This document shows, piece after piece, positions 46,984-60,066 of a stretch of 64,000 nt of DNA (positions within the stretch are counted from its first letter, which is position 1; the number at the start of each line of letters is the position of its first letter). The stretch is from assembly GCA_009914755.4 (NCBI GenBank), contig CP086569.2, positions 25,120,001 through 25,184,000 of the forward strand. The letters run 5' to 3'. Origin of the DNA: the human T2T-CHM13v2.0 reference genome, Homo sapiens. Below the pieces are notes generated by a model, which worked only from the letters and a program-made list of their open reading frames with translations, did no database searches and was not told the origin of the DNA. The translations under genes were made by a program, and so were the position numbers.

Positions 46984-49900
46984 AGAGTGCTTCCTCCACA
47001 CACTTCCCTGTCCCTTTCAATCAACTGGCTGTGAGATCACTGAAACCAGAGATCTCAGGTTCAGAACAGGCCCAAGTGGGGTTGTGGCTGCCCCTCTGCA
47101 TTTCAAGGTCACTGTGTGGCATAATGAGGTCTTTGGCTGCAGAAAAGGGCATTGCGTTTTCTGAGGAGGGCTTGGTGAGTTGATTTGAGAGACAACACAA
47201 GCACCAAGATTTGGAATGTCCCAGGTTAGTGTTGGGGAAACCAGCCACATAAGACCCAGTGGGTACCCCGAATCTGGAGGAGACAAAGGTGTTAGAAAGA
47301 GACAGAATAAGCACTTAAAAGGTAGGTCCAGGGCACCAGAGCATTGGAGACTTGCTCATGGCCTGGAGCTCTCAGGCTCCACCCAATTTATTGGTTTACA
47401 AATTCTTTGTCCTTAAGGAGATGGGAGGGGGAGGAAGGAATAAGGAAAAGGATTAAGCAGTGAAGGAGAACTCATCAGCCATTCAATAAGATGTATAGCA
47501 CTGGTGGTTTCTGTGAATTTCCTTGAGCAAAGGCATGTGTCTAAACTACTTAAGATCTTCAACTTATCATGACTGAAATGGGTGGGAGTGGGTTTCAGGA
47601 GGAGCCAAGATGTTTTATTATATTCCACTGCTTCAAGGGAACGTTATCTTCCTGAGCAACCAGTGGAATGCCGCTGAGTGGTTATGCTCTGGGGGCATAA
47701 ATACATGAAGGTAATAAGGAGATTTTTCTTCTCAGAGGCTGCCCATGGCTCCCCATGGGTGTCTCATACAGGGGAGACCAACTTAATTGGCACCCCAGAA
47801 ACTTTGTTTCCCACAGTTAGTAATTATGGGTTGTTGGTTTAGACCAAAGATAGGGCCAGAGATGAACAAAGAATATTGGGGTGCCCCTGTGGTAACAGCA
47901 TTTTCCAGCCAGCAGGCTTGCTTTACCTGCTGGGAAGAAGGATGTACCTCAGAGTCCCACAAAACCTCTTCTCCCATCTTATCTCTTTTAGAGAGACATG
48001 AATAAAATGGGCCTCAACAATCCCAAGAGACCACTCAAGGACAATGGGAGCCACTGGGCTTGGCTTTCTACTTTCCTGGAGACAAGACAATTTGAATGGC
48101 ACTGACTGCCAGGTACTGTCATCATATGGGCCATGAGAACATCTCACCTGTTCAGTACCCCTCTACATTTTAGTGGGGACTAGGACATGGAATATGTGTA
48201 GGGATGATAGTGCCCTGTCACTGGGATCAGGACAGACCACAGGGAAGGGGAAGCTGCCAGCAAGGAGCCTGGGTCAGGGGCCAGGTTTGGGAAGCAGTTT
48301 CCTCTGACCCAACACTTGTTCCTGCAGCTGGACACATTACCTAAATTTATGTCTATTTTGGAGAATGGTGAAAACAGACTTAGAAAAAGACACTTGTAGG
48401 CCGGCCACCTAAAGACAAACTCAGCTGTCATTGTGGTGTGTTTATTTTTAGTATTTTGTTTCTTTTGCTTTTCTCATGTTTCTGCTACATATCAGTACTT
48501 TTTTGAGCAGCCTCCCTGCACTCTGTGATCTTTACTTGATGAGGAGGATCATTTAAGAATAAGAAAACTGGAGGCTGGCCTGCTGTGGATCTGTTCTACA
48601 TTTAGGGCTGTCCTAAATCTTGTCTGGCCTTCACACCATGTGCACATTTGCTCCTCCTTTCCACATACCATTAGGATATTAGCATCTTTCTTGACACCTC
48701 TTGGGCCTGCTTCCATTTAGATCCTGCCCTGCCCAGGTATGTGTCCCTAAGCAGGTTCATGTGACCTTTCACCTGTAAAATAGAGATGGTGCCAGGATCT
48801 GCCATGGGGATTTTTGCAAAGCTTAAGTCAGGCTGGTTGTCAAAAGCCTAAGAGTACAATTGAGACACAGTGAGCATTCATGAAATACCAATGCTTTATT
48901 ATCAAGTGCTGCCTAATAGTTCTTGAGGATCAACCATCATTTAATCCCATAACTATTAAGCTCTTGATAATTGTTTTCCTATTTTCAATACTGGAGGACA
49001 ACACTTCATTGAAGGTCATTGTAAATAAAGTGCTAATATATTATCAGTTTCCAGTAATAAGCTTTATTAAGCGCCTCAAGGGGGCCAGGTAATTCAGAGC
49101 CTGACCCAAGTCTTTGCAGCCACAGGGAAAACGGTAAAGGCATGTAATTTGTTATATCCTGGGGTCCACAGCCACCAGTAGCCAAATTGAAACAGGAACC
49201 CACATTCCTGAGCTTGGCTTCAGTTTCTTTCCAGGTCCTACTGCTCTGGCCTGAGAGAGCCTCTGCCCACCAAAATACGGTGTTCTCTGTTTCCCACAGG
49301 CCACTGCAGGGTGGCAACATGTACCAGTAGGGGCCCAACCATGATGTCGCCACCCTCCCCCTCATCTTTCCTGCTCATTACCTCTGCCCTCTGGCTGCTT
49401 GCAGTAACATGATGGACCCCTCTATGGCTGCACCTGCATCATGGCTGGTTCCTCTAGCATTGGCATCCTCCAAGAAAATTTCCTTCCAGACTGTGCAGTT
49501 GGTCTACTGCTAGCGGCTGGACTTCATGATGCACTGCAGACACCTCTGTGGCTGTGTCTATTGATACCCTTGCTGATGGCTACACGTGGATCTGCTTTGG
49601 ACAGATCTTGAGTTTTTGAGCTGGATGTGGTGATTACTTGAGTCTTGTTTGAGGGAGTGGAAGTGTGGGTAGAGCTAGGATTTTCTGCTGGAATCTGTGG
49701 TGTTTAATTAGATGTGGAACCCGTACCCTGGAACAGAGAATCTTCCTAGAGTCTCTGACACCACAAATTACTTCCCATATATTTTATTTTGAAAATAAAA
49801 ATATATGCACATGACTGAAAAATACAGAGATGAGGCAAGGGTAACTCAGAAGGAACTGCCACCATGTGCACCTAACCCTAGTCCCCTGAATTACCTGTTA

Positions 49901-50214
49901 ACACCTGGTACAACAGAGGAAGGCTGAGTTTCTTAGACCTCTGACCTTTCCTCCACCCTCACACAATGATAGAAATATCATGATTTTAGTTTCTTTCTTA
50001 GTTATCATTGATGTTGAAAGTAACTGTAGAGTATATGTATATTTATGTATATATTTTTTCAATCCAATGCAATAGAATCTTGTGACTTTCTTCTTGTAGG
50101 AAGTATATTGGCACTTTGAATTCACCTACATTTCTTGGTATTCTATAGGTATATACATATTTTTTCTTTAGCTTTCTCTTTTCTTGGAGTTTCTAATTGC
50201 CTTTTCTTCTTTCT

Positions 50215-50305
50215 TTCTATTTAAAATTAAATTAAAATTAAATTAAATTAAAATTAAATTAAATTTAAAATTAAATTAAATTAAGTTGGAACTAAATTAA
50301 AATTC
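50215..50305. repeat. (AAATT)n/(AAAATT)n AT-rich minisatellite
   Basis: tatttaaaattaaattaaaattaaattaaattaaaattaaattaaatttaaaattaaattaaattaagttggaactaaattaaaattcaaattaaat. Confidence 0.9.
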
Positions 50306-50698
50306 AAATTAAATCTCCTTTTATCACATCCTTATCATCTTCCCTCATTTCTAACCTCCCACCTGAAAAATCACTGGTGGACACCTTCCGTTTTCCTGTT
50401 CCTATCCCACCAACATCTCTCTAGGCCTGGGGTGGAGCTGTCATTCCCAGAGCTTTTATAACTGCCTCCCTGGGTTTTTACATGTCAAATGCTATTTCGC
50501 TACTGCAACTATGGGACAAATCTCCCAGAGAGCTAACCACTTTTCTTAGGTTTATTTTGTTAATTGTATGTGGTTTTGAAATATTTTTTAGATTCTGTCT
50601 TCCAATTTTTGAGAGTTACACATTTTAAGAGAATTTCAAGCTGTTGTTCCTAATCTCTGAATTTTCCTATTATCTTCCTAAATTTTGTTATTTTTCAG

Positions 50699-50814
50699 GG
50701 ATGCAATATTTTATACTTCTCTGAGACTACGGGGAGCATGTGTTCTGAACTTTCCTTGAACAGAGGTCTTGAGGCCAGAAGGAAGAAGGATCTTAAAGAC
50801 TCATTTCTCTGGAG
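50699..50814 (+). other. Candidate spliced exon (116 nt) with near-consensus splice sites; one open frame GCNILYFSETTGSMCSELSLNRGLEARRKKDLKDSFLW
   Basis: Acceptor ttcctaaattttgttatttttcag|GGATGCAAT has a strong polypyrimidine tract plus CAG. Donor TTCTCTGGAG|gtgagttgtctg is a perfect GTGAGT. Frame 1 is stop-free and the other two frames contain stops. It could be a coding exon, a UTR or lncRNA exon, or an intronic pseudoexon. Confidence 0.3.
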
Positions 50815-53800
50815 GTGAGTTGTCTGTTGATCATATTTGCCTTTGTTTGTTTTTTTTGTTTGTTTGCATTTTTTAAAAACTGTTGGTCTCTCACGTTTGC
50901 CTCTGTAATTAGCATTAAGGCTGAAATGGGGATTGTCACACGCTCATTTCACATTGGGACAAGAGGAACTGGCCTTCAAACCAGGGGCCTACAAATGGGA
51001 AGGATGATTTCCTCTGGGAATCCCTAAGCTTCCTTCTTTCCTCTGCAGAAACCTTCACCTTCAGTTGCCCTGCTGCTTCCTTGGCATGGCGATGTTCTTC
51101 CTCCACTTGCAACCTGATCACACAACTGTGGACATTGTTCTCATGGCTTTTCCCTTCTCTTTGTCGTGAAGAGAGAAGATGCAACCCGTTTCTCTACTAT
51201 GATGGAACCAGAATGTCCATATTAGAACTTTAACATTATTTCCTCTACATCAGAGGCCACATTGGCTTCTGCCTGAAAGAGGAAATTGCAGAAAACAGAC
51301 ACAAGGATGGGAAGGTCACATTGACATATAAAGTTCCTGAGGGGCAGCTGGGTATTGTGTTAGGTGGTCACTCTTCTGTTCAGGAGGAAGGACTGTGTGA
51401 GCCTTTCCCAAAGGCCTGTTCAGTGTCTGAGCTCAGGGCCAACTTAATTTCAGTGTGCAGCCTTATAGATTAGGAAAAGAAAACAATCTGCCTCATCAGG
51501 TCTCCTGCCCAACCTTATTCCTTGCTCTGGATCATGATTGCTTATTTAAAAACAGCTTTGTTGGCATGTGATTGGCATATGGTAAACTGCACCTGTGTAG
51601 ATGGAAGAACTGATGGTTTCTCCATGTGAGTATTTCATTCACCGCAAGGCCAGAAGTGTGATGAAGGTCATGAAAACACATCTTCCTCCCATCAATAACG
51701 ATCACTCCCTGGCCACCCTAGGACCACAGATCTGCTTCTTTCACTAAAAACTTGTGGGTATTTTATAGAATTACAGGTAAATACAGTATGTACTTGGGTC
51801 TTTGTGCGTCGTTCTGATCTGGCTTCTTTTATTCAGCAGAACTACTTTCAGAGTCACTCTGTTCTGAGTGCATCAACAGTCCATTCCTTTTCATGCTGAG
51901 CCACATGCCATTGTATAGATGTGCCACAGCTTGTTCACCCTTCTTCTGTGTATGGGCATTTGGGCTCCTGGTTTGGGACCATTATGTGTAAGGATGTCAT
52001 GAATATTTATTTATGTATGTAGCCTGTGAGCTTGCCTTCATTTCTCATGGTTCATTCCTAGGAGTGCAGTGGCCACATCATGTCATGGTAGGTCTGCATC
52101 GACCTTGTTAAGGAATCACTGTCCCTTGTGCTAAGTGTTTGGTCCATTGCCTGCTTTCTCTCTTGCTCCCTCTGATTTAGTCATACAAACCTCTTGTATC
52201 CTTCACCCTCCAGGGCAATAACTTCTTAGCATACCGCCTTTCTTTACACTTGGAATCACCAGCTCCTTCTTTATGTGCTGGCTCTGATTCCCTCACTAAA
52301 TTTGCCCTTTGTGCCCCATGTGTGACCCATTCCCATTGATACACCCTATGTATGAGAGGGCTTTGGGATAAGAGACTGTTTCTGATGAGTATCGAGTACT
52401 ACAATGGCTCTGAATGGAAGAAAGATGACTGGGTGGGTCTTGTCAACCATTGTCCCTGGAGCTCATCTTTGTTGTTACAAATAAGTCTGGGTGTGGCCTG
52501 GGCATATGTTCAAGTACTCGCAAACCTTTTCTAAATGACAACTGGAGACCAGGCCATGGGCTGGAATGTGAGTATGAAGTTACTTGGAAGCTGTGTGATT
52601 GAAAGTGAGTCACTCAGTCACTGGATCCTGGCATTTTTCTCTACATGTGGGACTACCCATACTTTGCAGAGTTGCTGTGAGTTCACCTGAGTAAGACACC
52701 TGCATGCACTTGTGATCAGAAAATGTTAATTTCCCTTTATTGAAATGGAACAACCCATGGATATTATGTGCTGAGGTCTGGATCAAAATAGAGCATGATA
52801 CTGAAGACCTTGTAAACCCTGAGGAGGCATCACTGATCACTGGGTGTCCGGAAAGGCAGCAGAGAAAAACTGACCTGGAAGTGAAATTGGCCCGTGGGTT
52901 TGTTACAGTTGGTTAAACAGTCATGAGTGGGGCAAGAGCGGGTTCTCCACATCCGCATACCAGGAATGTCAGGCCATCGGGTGATGGTTGGACAGTTATC
53001 ATATTGCTTCTCTAAAAATAATAATTTAGCGGCTGGGGCCAGGGATAGCCTGATACACAGCTGGTAACATTAAAGTGTTAATTAAACTCACATGCCAGAG
53101 AGGAGGAAAAAGGGCGTCCCATAAAATCTCAGACATTGGATGACTGAACCCAGGAGTGCACATTAAGAGACAAAATGGTGGAGTATGACTTTCTGGGGTC
53201 ACCCCACCAATAAAAGGGAGGAAGCCTCAGATGGGCATACATATAACTGCTTAAACACACTGTCTATACTTACTTCCCAAGGGTAAGGAGGGCACTGTGC
53301 CTGTGGGCAGCCCATGCTAGGGGAAGAATCATGGGAAAGGGTGCACCAGATGCTGGCGGTAGGCCAGCCTAAAATGTCCCAGAAGGAAGGTTAATGGCCA
53401 CACTTCTTCAAGTCACCCATTTGGATCTCTTTCGAGTGCAATTTTCATTCTTTCCTGCTCTAAAGCTTTTTAATAAACGTCCACTCCTGCTGTGAAACTT
53501 GCCATGGCATTTTCTTCCTTCTTCCTTCTTTATGCCCACCAGTTGAATTCTTTCACCTGAGGAGGCAAGAATTGATATTGCTAAAGACCCGGACGGATTT
53601 GCTGCCAGTAACTCAGATACTTTTCACCGGTAACAGGTCTAGGAGCTGGTGGACACAATGGCTGGAGTATGTGTCCAGAATGTGCCTGCTCAGGCCCCAG
53701 GCACTTCCGGACTGTGGGGGGACTTGAACCCCAGGTTAAGGGGACACCATGGAATGAGAGCTCAGCCTGCTGTTGGAATACTGGGGATAGGATATTTTTT

Positions 53801-53889
53801 ACTGAAGTAAATCCCCTACCTATTAAGGAACTACTACCCAATCTGTCCTCTTTCTGACCCCTGACAATTAGCAAATCTGCTTTCTTTCT

Positions 53890-54840
53890 CTATGAAATTA
53901 CTTATTCTGGACATTTATATACATAAAATCATACACTATGTGACTTTTGTGCTTAGCTTCTTTAAACACAATGGTTTTGCAGTATCTTCACATTGTAGTA
54001 TGAGTGTCTCAATCTTTTTATGGCTAGATATTATGCCATTGTATAGGTATACTACATTTTGTTTTCCTATTATTTGTTTGTGGACATTTGGTTTGTTTCC
54101 ACATTTTAGTTATTGTGAATAATTCTTCCATGAGTATATGTGCACACACAGTTTTGTTTGAATACCTGCTTTATATTTTTTGTGTATATACCTGAGGTGG
54201 GGGGGATTTGCTGGTTTCTATGATGGTTCCATGTTTAGCTTTTTGCAGAAACACCAAACTATTTTCCACAGCAGATGAACTATTTTACTTTTGTTTTTCT
54301 CCACTTCCACGTCAACCCTTGTTCGTTCATGGTTTTTAAATAATAATAATTACAATGGGTGAAAAGTGGTGTCTTCTTGTGGTTTTGATCTGCATTTCCC
54401 TGAAATAAGTGATGTTGAGCTAATTTTTATGTGTTTTTGTGTGTGTGTGTATCTTTGGAGAAAAGTATTTTCAATTTCTCTATCATTTTTTTAATTGGGT
54501 TGATTGTCTTTTTGTTCTTGAGTTGTAAGAATTTCTCCTATATCCTGGATACTAGGCCCTTACCCTTATATATGACTTGAAAATATTTTGTCCTATGCTG
54601 TTGGTTTTCTATTGACCATCCTGATAGTGCCCTTTGAAGCATGAAAGATTTTAGTTTTAATGAAGTTCAATTTATCTATTTTTTCTTTTGTTTTCTGTGC
54701 ATTCTCTGTCATACCCAGGAAACCATTAACAAGTTCAGTGCCAATAAGCGCAGAAAGATATGTTCGACATCATTAGCCATTAGGTAAATGGATATCTAAA
54801 TCACAATGAGATTATCACCTTAAACCCACTAGAATGTCTT
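53890..54840 (-). mobile_element. Ancient L1 (L1M-type) ORF2 C-terminal region
   Basis: Reverse-complement L1M motifs: ctttttatggctagatattatgccattgtataggtatactacattttg, ggtgaaaagtggtgtcttcttgtggttttgatctgcatttccctgaaataagtgatgttgagctaatttttatgtg, ttaattgggttgattgtctttttgttcttgagttgtaagaatttctcctatatcctggatactaggccc, gtgccctttgaagcatgaaagattttagttttaatgaagttcaatttatctattttttcttttgttttctgtgc. Confidence 0.75.
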
Positions 54841-54856
54841 TTTTTTTTTTTTTTGA

Positions 54857-55045
54857 AAAAGGGAGAGTTGGGGAGTATGTGGAGAAAATGGAACCCTTGT
54901 GCATTGCTGGTGAGAATGTGAAATGGTGGTGATGGTTGCACAGTAACATGAACATACATAATGCCACTTACCTGTACACCTACAAATGTTTAGATTGGTA
55001 AATTTATGTTACGTTTCTTTTACCACATACCAAAAAGGCTTCCTG
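54857..55045 (+). mobile_element. Ancient L1 (L1M-type) 3'-terminal fragment in the opposite orientation, abutting a poly-T at 54841-54856
   Basis: gggagagttggggagtatgtggagaaaatggaacccttgtgcattgctggtgagaatgtgaaatggt...ggtgatggttgcacagtaacatgaacatacataatgccacttacctgtacacctacaaatgtttagattggtaaatttatgttacg matches the L1M ORF2 end (…agatgctggcgaggatgtggagaaa…ctgttggtgggaatgtaaa…) and 3' UTR (ggtgatggttgcacaacattgtgaatatact…aaatggtgaattttatgttatg). Confidence 0.7.
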
Positions 55046-55159
55046 AGAACTAGTCCTGAGATAGTTCCATGTGGAAAGAAGAGGACCCTTCTCTCTCCTA
55101 GAGTGAGTAGAAGCCTTTGTTTTTTGTTGCTGTTGTTGTTTTGTGTTTGTTTTTGTTTT

Positions 55160-55441
55160 GAAACAGAGTCTTCCTTTGTGGCCTAGGTTGGTGTGCAGTG
55201 GTGTGGTCTCTGCTCACTGCAAGCTCCAACTCCCATATTCATGCCATTCTCCTTCATCAGCCTCCTGAGTAGCTGGGACTAAAGGTGCCCACCACCATGC
55301 CTGGCTAATTTTTGTATTTTTAGTAGAGGTAGGGTGTCACCGTGTTAGCCATGATGGTCTCAACCTCGTGACCTAGTGATCCACCCAACTCAGCCTCCCA
55401 AAGTGGTGGGACTGCAGATGTGGTGAGCCACCACATCTGGC
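55160..55441 (-). mobile_element. Alu (minus) with a degenerate T/G-rich tail at 55115-55159
   Basis: gaaacagagtcttcctttgtggcctaggttggtgtgcagtggtgtggtctctgctcactgcaagctccaactccc...cctcctgagtagctgggactaaaggtgcccaccaccatgcctggctaatttttgtatttttagtagaggtagggtgtcaccgtgttagccatgatggtctcaacctcgtgacc...cccaaagtggtgggactgcagatgtggtgagccaccacatctggc. Confidence 0.9.
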
Positions 55442-56230
55442 TGAGTAGAAACCTTCTTATCATGCTTGTACTACACACTCCTGGCTCTTCCACACACCAA
55501 GCATGACCTCACGAACCAGAGGCAGTCTAAGTCTAACTGGCCCATTTGTACCCCCTTTCCAACATCCTATTCCCCTATTCAACTCACTCTCTTTCCCCTA
55601 CAAACCACTGTACATCACAGGTCTGCTTACCTTCTCTGTAGACATTTCTATAATGTCATAGAAATATGATCATAAAATACATGATCTCTTCAGACTGGCA
55701 CTTTTTGTTATTATTGTTTTCTCATTATTCTATAATTGCTGCCAAAAGAAGCAGGCATGTGTTGTGCCACAGAAAACTGATCATATTCTAAGCTCTACTT
55801 AGTAAAAACTAAAAAAAAAGAAAGAAAAAAATATGCTAGTACATATTGTCGCATTTATCCTGTTATTTTTTTAATTCATGATTTCTACAATGAATAAATG
55901 GATGAATAAAGCACACAGATATTATGCTTTGCCAGTCCAGCTGAACATCAAGCTGCTTACAGACTACAGGCAAATTATTGCAAACAGTTTTGACTGTGGC
56001 CCCAGCCAGCTAGTGAGACTTGCATTTATTCAGTAAGGATTAATTGACCAAGGCTCTAGTTAACACCACTAAAGGGTAATTGACAGTGTGGACTTCCCAG
56101 TTAGAAAGCAATTTAGCACTGTGCTAAGTCAAATATTAGTCTTAGGACCACATGACTAAGCAAGCTACTTAGGTAAACACCCCGCATTCCTTTGTTTCTA
56201 CTCTAACTTATTTAACTAAAGGTAAAAGGC

Positions 56231-56462
56231 CATCCTGTCTAATATGGTGAAACCCCATTTCTACTAAAAATACAAAAAATTAGCTGGGCATGGTGGCGGG
56301 TGCCTGTAGTCAAAGGTACTTGGACTCAGGAGGCTGAGGCAGGAGAATGGCAGGAACCTGGGAGTTGGAGCTTGCAGTGAGCTGACATCGCAGCACTGCA
56401 CTCCATACTGGCCAATAAAGCGAGACTCTGTCTCAGAAAACAAAACAACACAAAACAAAACC
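56231..56462 (+). mobile_element. Alu, 5'-truncated
   Basis: catcctgtctaatatggtgaaaccccatttctactaaaaatacaaaaaattagctgggcatggtggcgggtgcctgtagtc...ggaggctgaggcaggagaatggcaggaacctgggagttggagcttgcagtgagctgacatcgcagcactgcactccatactggccaataaagcgagactctgtctcag. Confidence 0.9.
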
Positions 56463-56464
56463 AG

Positions 56465-58128
56465 TATTCATCACTAAAAAAAGTAGCAAAATATAAAGAC
56501 CAACAACACTAAGAAGAAAGTGGATCAATTAATATGCAAAATAACCAGCTAGTATTGCCATGCCAGGATCAAATTGACCCGTACAAATATTAACCTTAAA
56601 TGTAAGTGAACTAAATTTGCCAATTAAAGTGCACAGACTGACAAATTGGATAGAATCAAGACCCTTTGGTGTGCTGTATTCAGGAGACTGATATCATGGG
56701 TGAAGACACACATAGGCTCAAAATAAAAGGATGGAGGAATATTTACAAAGCAAATGGAAAGTAAAAAAAAAAAAAAAAGCTGGGATTGAAATCCTGCTCT
56801 ATCCTAAAATGACCATACTGCTTAAAGTAATTCACACATCTACAGTGATCTGATCTTTGACAAGCCTGACAAAAACAAGCAACTAGGGAAGGATTCCCTG
56901 GTCTGGGAAAACTGGCGAGCCATATGCAGAAACCTGAAACTGAATCCCTTTCTTACATCACATACAAAACTTAACTCAAGATGAATTAAAAGACTTAAAT
57001 GTAAAACCTAAAACCCTAAAAACCCTAGAAGAAAATCTAGGCAATACCATTCAGGATATAGGCATGGGCAAAAACTTCATGACAAAAAGACCAAAAAACA
57101 ATTGCAACAAAATCCGAAATTGACAAATGGGACCTAATTAATCTAAGGAGCTTCTCCACAGCAAAAGAAAATATCGTCAGAGTGAACAGGCAACATACAG
57201 AATGTGAAAACATTTTTTCAACCTATCTATCTGACAAAGGTCTAATATCCAAAAGCTACAAGGAACTTAAAAAATTTTATAAGAAAATAAAAAACAAACC
57301 CCAACAAAAAGTGGTAAAGGATATCAACAGACACTTCTCAAAAGAAGACATTTAATCAGCCAACAAATATATATAAAAAAAGCTCAGCATCACTGAGCAT
57401 TAGAGAAATGCACATCAAAACCACAATGAGATACTGTCTCACATCGGTCAGAATGGTGACCATTAAAAAGTCAGGAAACCACAGATGCTGGCGAAGATGT
57501 GGAGAAAAAGGAATGCTCTATGCTGCTGGTGGGAGTATAAATTAGTTCAATCACTGTGGAAGACAGTGTGGTGATTCCTCAAGGATCTATAACCAGAAAT
57601 ACCATTTGACCCAGCAATCCCATTATGTGGTATACACCCAGAGTATTGTAAATCATTCTACTCTAAGGAAACTGCACATGTATGCTTATTGCAGCACTAT
57701 TTACACACAAAAAAGACATGGCACAAACCCAGATGCCCATCAATTATAGACTGGATAAAGAAAATGTGGCACATATACACGATGGAATACTATGCAGCCA
57801 CAAAAATGAATAAGTTCATGTCCTTTTCAGAGACATGAATGAAGTGGAAACCGTCATTCTCAGCAAGCTAACACAGGAACAGAAAAGCAAACACTACCTA
57901 TTCTCATGCATAAGTGGGAATGGAACAATGAGGACACAATGGGGCCTGTCAGGGAGTAGGGGGTAAGTGGAAGGAGATCATTAGGACAAATACCTAATGC
58001 ATTCAGGGCTTAAAACTTACATGATGGGTTGATGGGTGCAGCAAACCACCGTGGCACATGTACACCTATGTAACAAAACTGCCTGTTCTGCACATGTATC
58101 CTATAATTTAAATTACAATAAAAAAAGG
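56465..58128 (+). mobile_element. Older L1PA/L1PB-class element with a large internal deletion: ORF1 end, ORF2 start, then ORF2 C-terminal third plus 3' UTR
   Basis: ORF2 start ...gccatgccaggatcaaattgacccgtacaaatattaaccttaaatgtaagtgaactaaatttgccaattaaagtgcacagactgacaaattggatagaatcaagaccc. Endonuclease region to about 56815, with an A16 run at 56762-56777 inside it. The sequence then jumps to ...atctgatctttgacaagcctgacaaaaacaagcaactagggaaggattccctg (ORF2 around [17 protein letters not shown]). Continues through ...aatgtgaaaacatttt..., ...aaatgcacatcaaaaccacaatgagatactgtctcacatcggtcagaatggtgaccattaaaaagtcaggaaaccacagatgctggcgaagatgtggagaaaaaggaatgctc and ...gggggtaagtggaaggagatcattaggacaaatacctaatgcattcagggcttaaaacttacatgatgggttgatgggtgcagcaaaccaccgtggcacatgtacacctatgtaacaaaactgcctgttctgcacatgtatcctataatttaaattacaataaaaaaag. 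Confidence 0.85.
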
Positions 58129-58680
58129 CAGGTTAAATGAAAAACTAAATAGTATCCATGAATTTATGATGACTCCCTATTCGGTTTTTACTTAATGCTT
58201 TTTCTGTGTTTCGTGTCTGGAGGAAAGCAAAATAACAACATATTGAACCAAACATTTTAAAACAACTTAATACAAAGGGGTTGGAGCAAATTCTTTTATC
58301 TCTTTATGAAGACAAGTGTGAGTTAAAAACCACCTCTCCTAATGCTTCTCAGTGCCTCAAGGTGCTTAGGAAAAAAATAAAACTTCCAACTTAAGGATAC
58401 TTGGCAGCTTCCAGAACTTTAAGGAAAGCCGAGAAATAAAGTATCCAGCTTCCGGTTCTTTCTAGGAGAGTATGCCTAGTGCCTTCAGGACCCTTGGACC
58501 TTGGAGGAAGAGCGGAGGTGGGGTAGGTGGGGGCGGTCTCTGGAGCCACTTGCCGCTCTGGCAGCCACTGCTGCTCCCCATGGGACGGCTTAGAGTCAGC
58601 CTTCAGCAGAAGCAGCAGGCTTTCCGCAAGCAGTGTTTGGTGTGTCTGCCTGTTTTCCATCTCTGTATCTTCCTTAGTGA

Positions 58681-59240
<560 letters not shown>

Positions 59241-59814
59241 AATGGTAACAGAGTGTTTTACAGAGTAGACATTTCAACTTTCAATAAAGTTCATATTATC
59301 CGTTTTTTTTTCTTTCATGGACTTGATAATAACTCATCACTAAACCCAAGCTCATGAAGATATTTTCCAATTACAACTTTGCACTGAAAAAATTTAATGT
59401 GTGGGTATTTTTGACTAATTTTTTTAACTGTAAAATTTGTGTCTATGTTCATTTGTTTCCGTATAGTTTCCAGCTGTTTTCTTGCCACTTGTGAAAGAGA
59501 CTTATTGTTTCCAAAGGACATTCTTTGCATTTTCGACAAAATCATTTGACTTGGGCCTGTTTTGGGGCTGACTATTCTGTTCCACTTATCTGCTTGTCTA
59601 TTAAATCATGAATGACACACTCTTGTTTATTACATTAGCTTTAGTGTAAGTATTCATATCACATCTGGCATTGCACTTCTTCAGTCTTATTTCATCTATT
59701 CTAGGTTTAGGAAAAGTTGTTGATATATTTACCTGGAATTTGATTGGAATATAGCTGAAATAATAATAAATGTGCTTCTCCAGAACAAGAAACATCTATT
59801 TATTTACTTTGTGA

Positions 59815-60066
59815 GAAGGAGTTGTGTCACCCAGGTTGGTGTGCGGTGGCATGATCTCAGCTCACAGATTCTCCCACTTCAACGACCCAAGTAGCTGGGA
59901 CCACAGGCATGCACCACCAAGCTCAGCTTATTTTTTTTGTATTTTGGGCAGAGATGGGCTTTCACCGTGTTCCCCAGGGTGGTCTCCAATTCATGGGCTC
60001 AAGGTATCTGCCTGCTGCAGACTCCCGAGGTGCTGGGATTACAGGCGTGTGACAACGTGCCTAGCC
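59815..60066 (-). mobile_element. Alu (minus) with internal deletions
   Basis: gagttgtgtcacccaggttggtgtgcggtggcatgatctcagctcacag...cccaagtagctgggaccacaggcatgcaccaccaagctcagcttattttttttgtattttgggcagagatgggctttcaccgtgttccccagggtggtctccaattcatgggctcaaggtatctgcctgctgcagactcccgaggtgctgggattacaggcgtgtgacaacgtgcctagcc. Confidence 0.85.

Noticed and set aside
47595-47615. ggaggagccaagatg, resembling the first bases of the L1 5' UTR in + orientation
   Set aside because: It is an isolated 15-mer whose flanks do not continue into L1 sequence. It is a coincidental match.
48880-49080. Possible MIR/ancient SINE-like stretch (…ggtcattgtaaataaagtgctaatatatt…aagcgcctcaag…)
   Set aside because: The similarity to the MIR core is too weak to call by eye. 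A Dfam search would be needed.
50215-50305. Regularly spaced repeats considered as CRISPR-like
   Set aside because: It is an AT-only pentamer/hexamer minisatellite with no spacers, in a eukaryotic context. It is not a CRISPR array.
53000-53880. LTR-like features (aataaa polyA signal, TG…CA-like ends, PBS-like tggtaacagg)
   Set aside because: I could not match it to any LTR family I know, and the signals are individually common. I left it unannotated.
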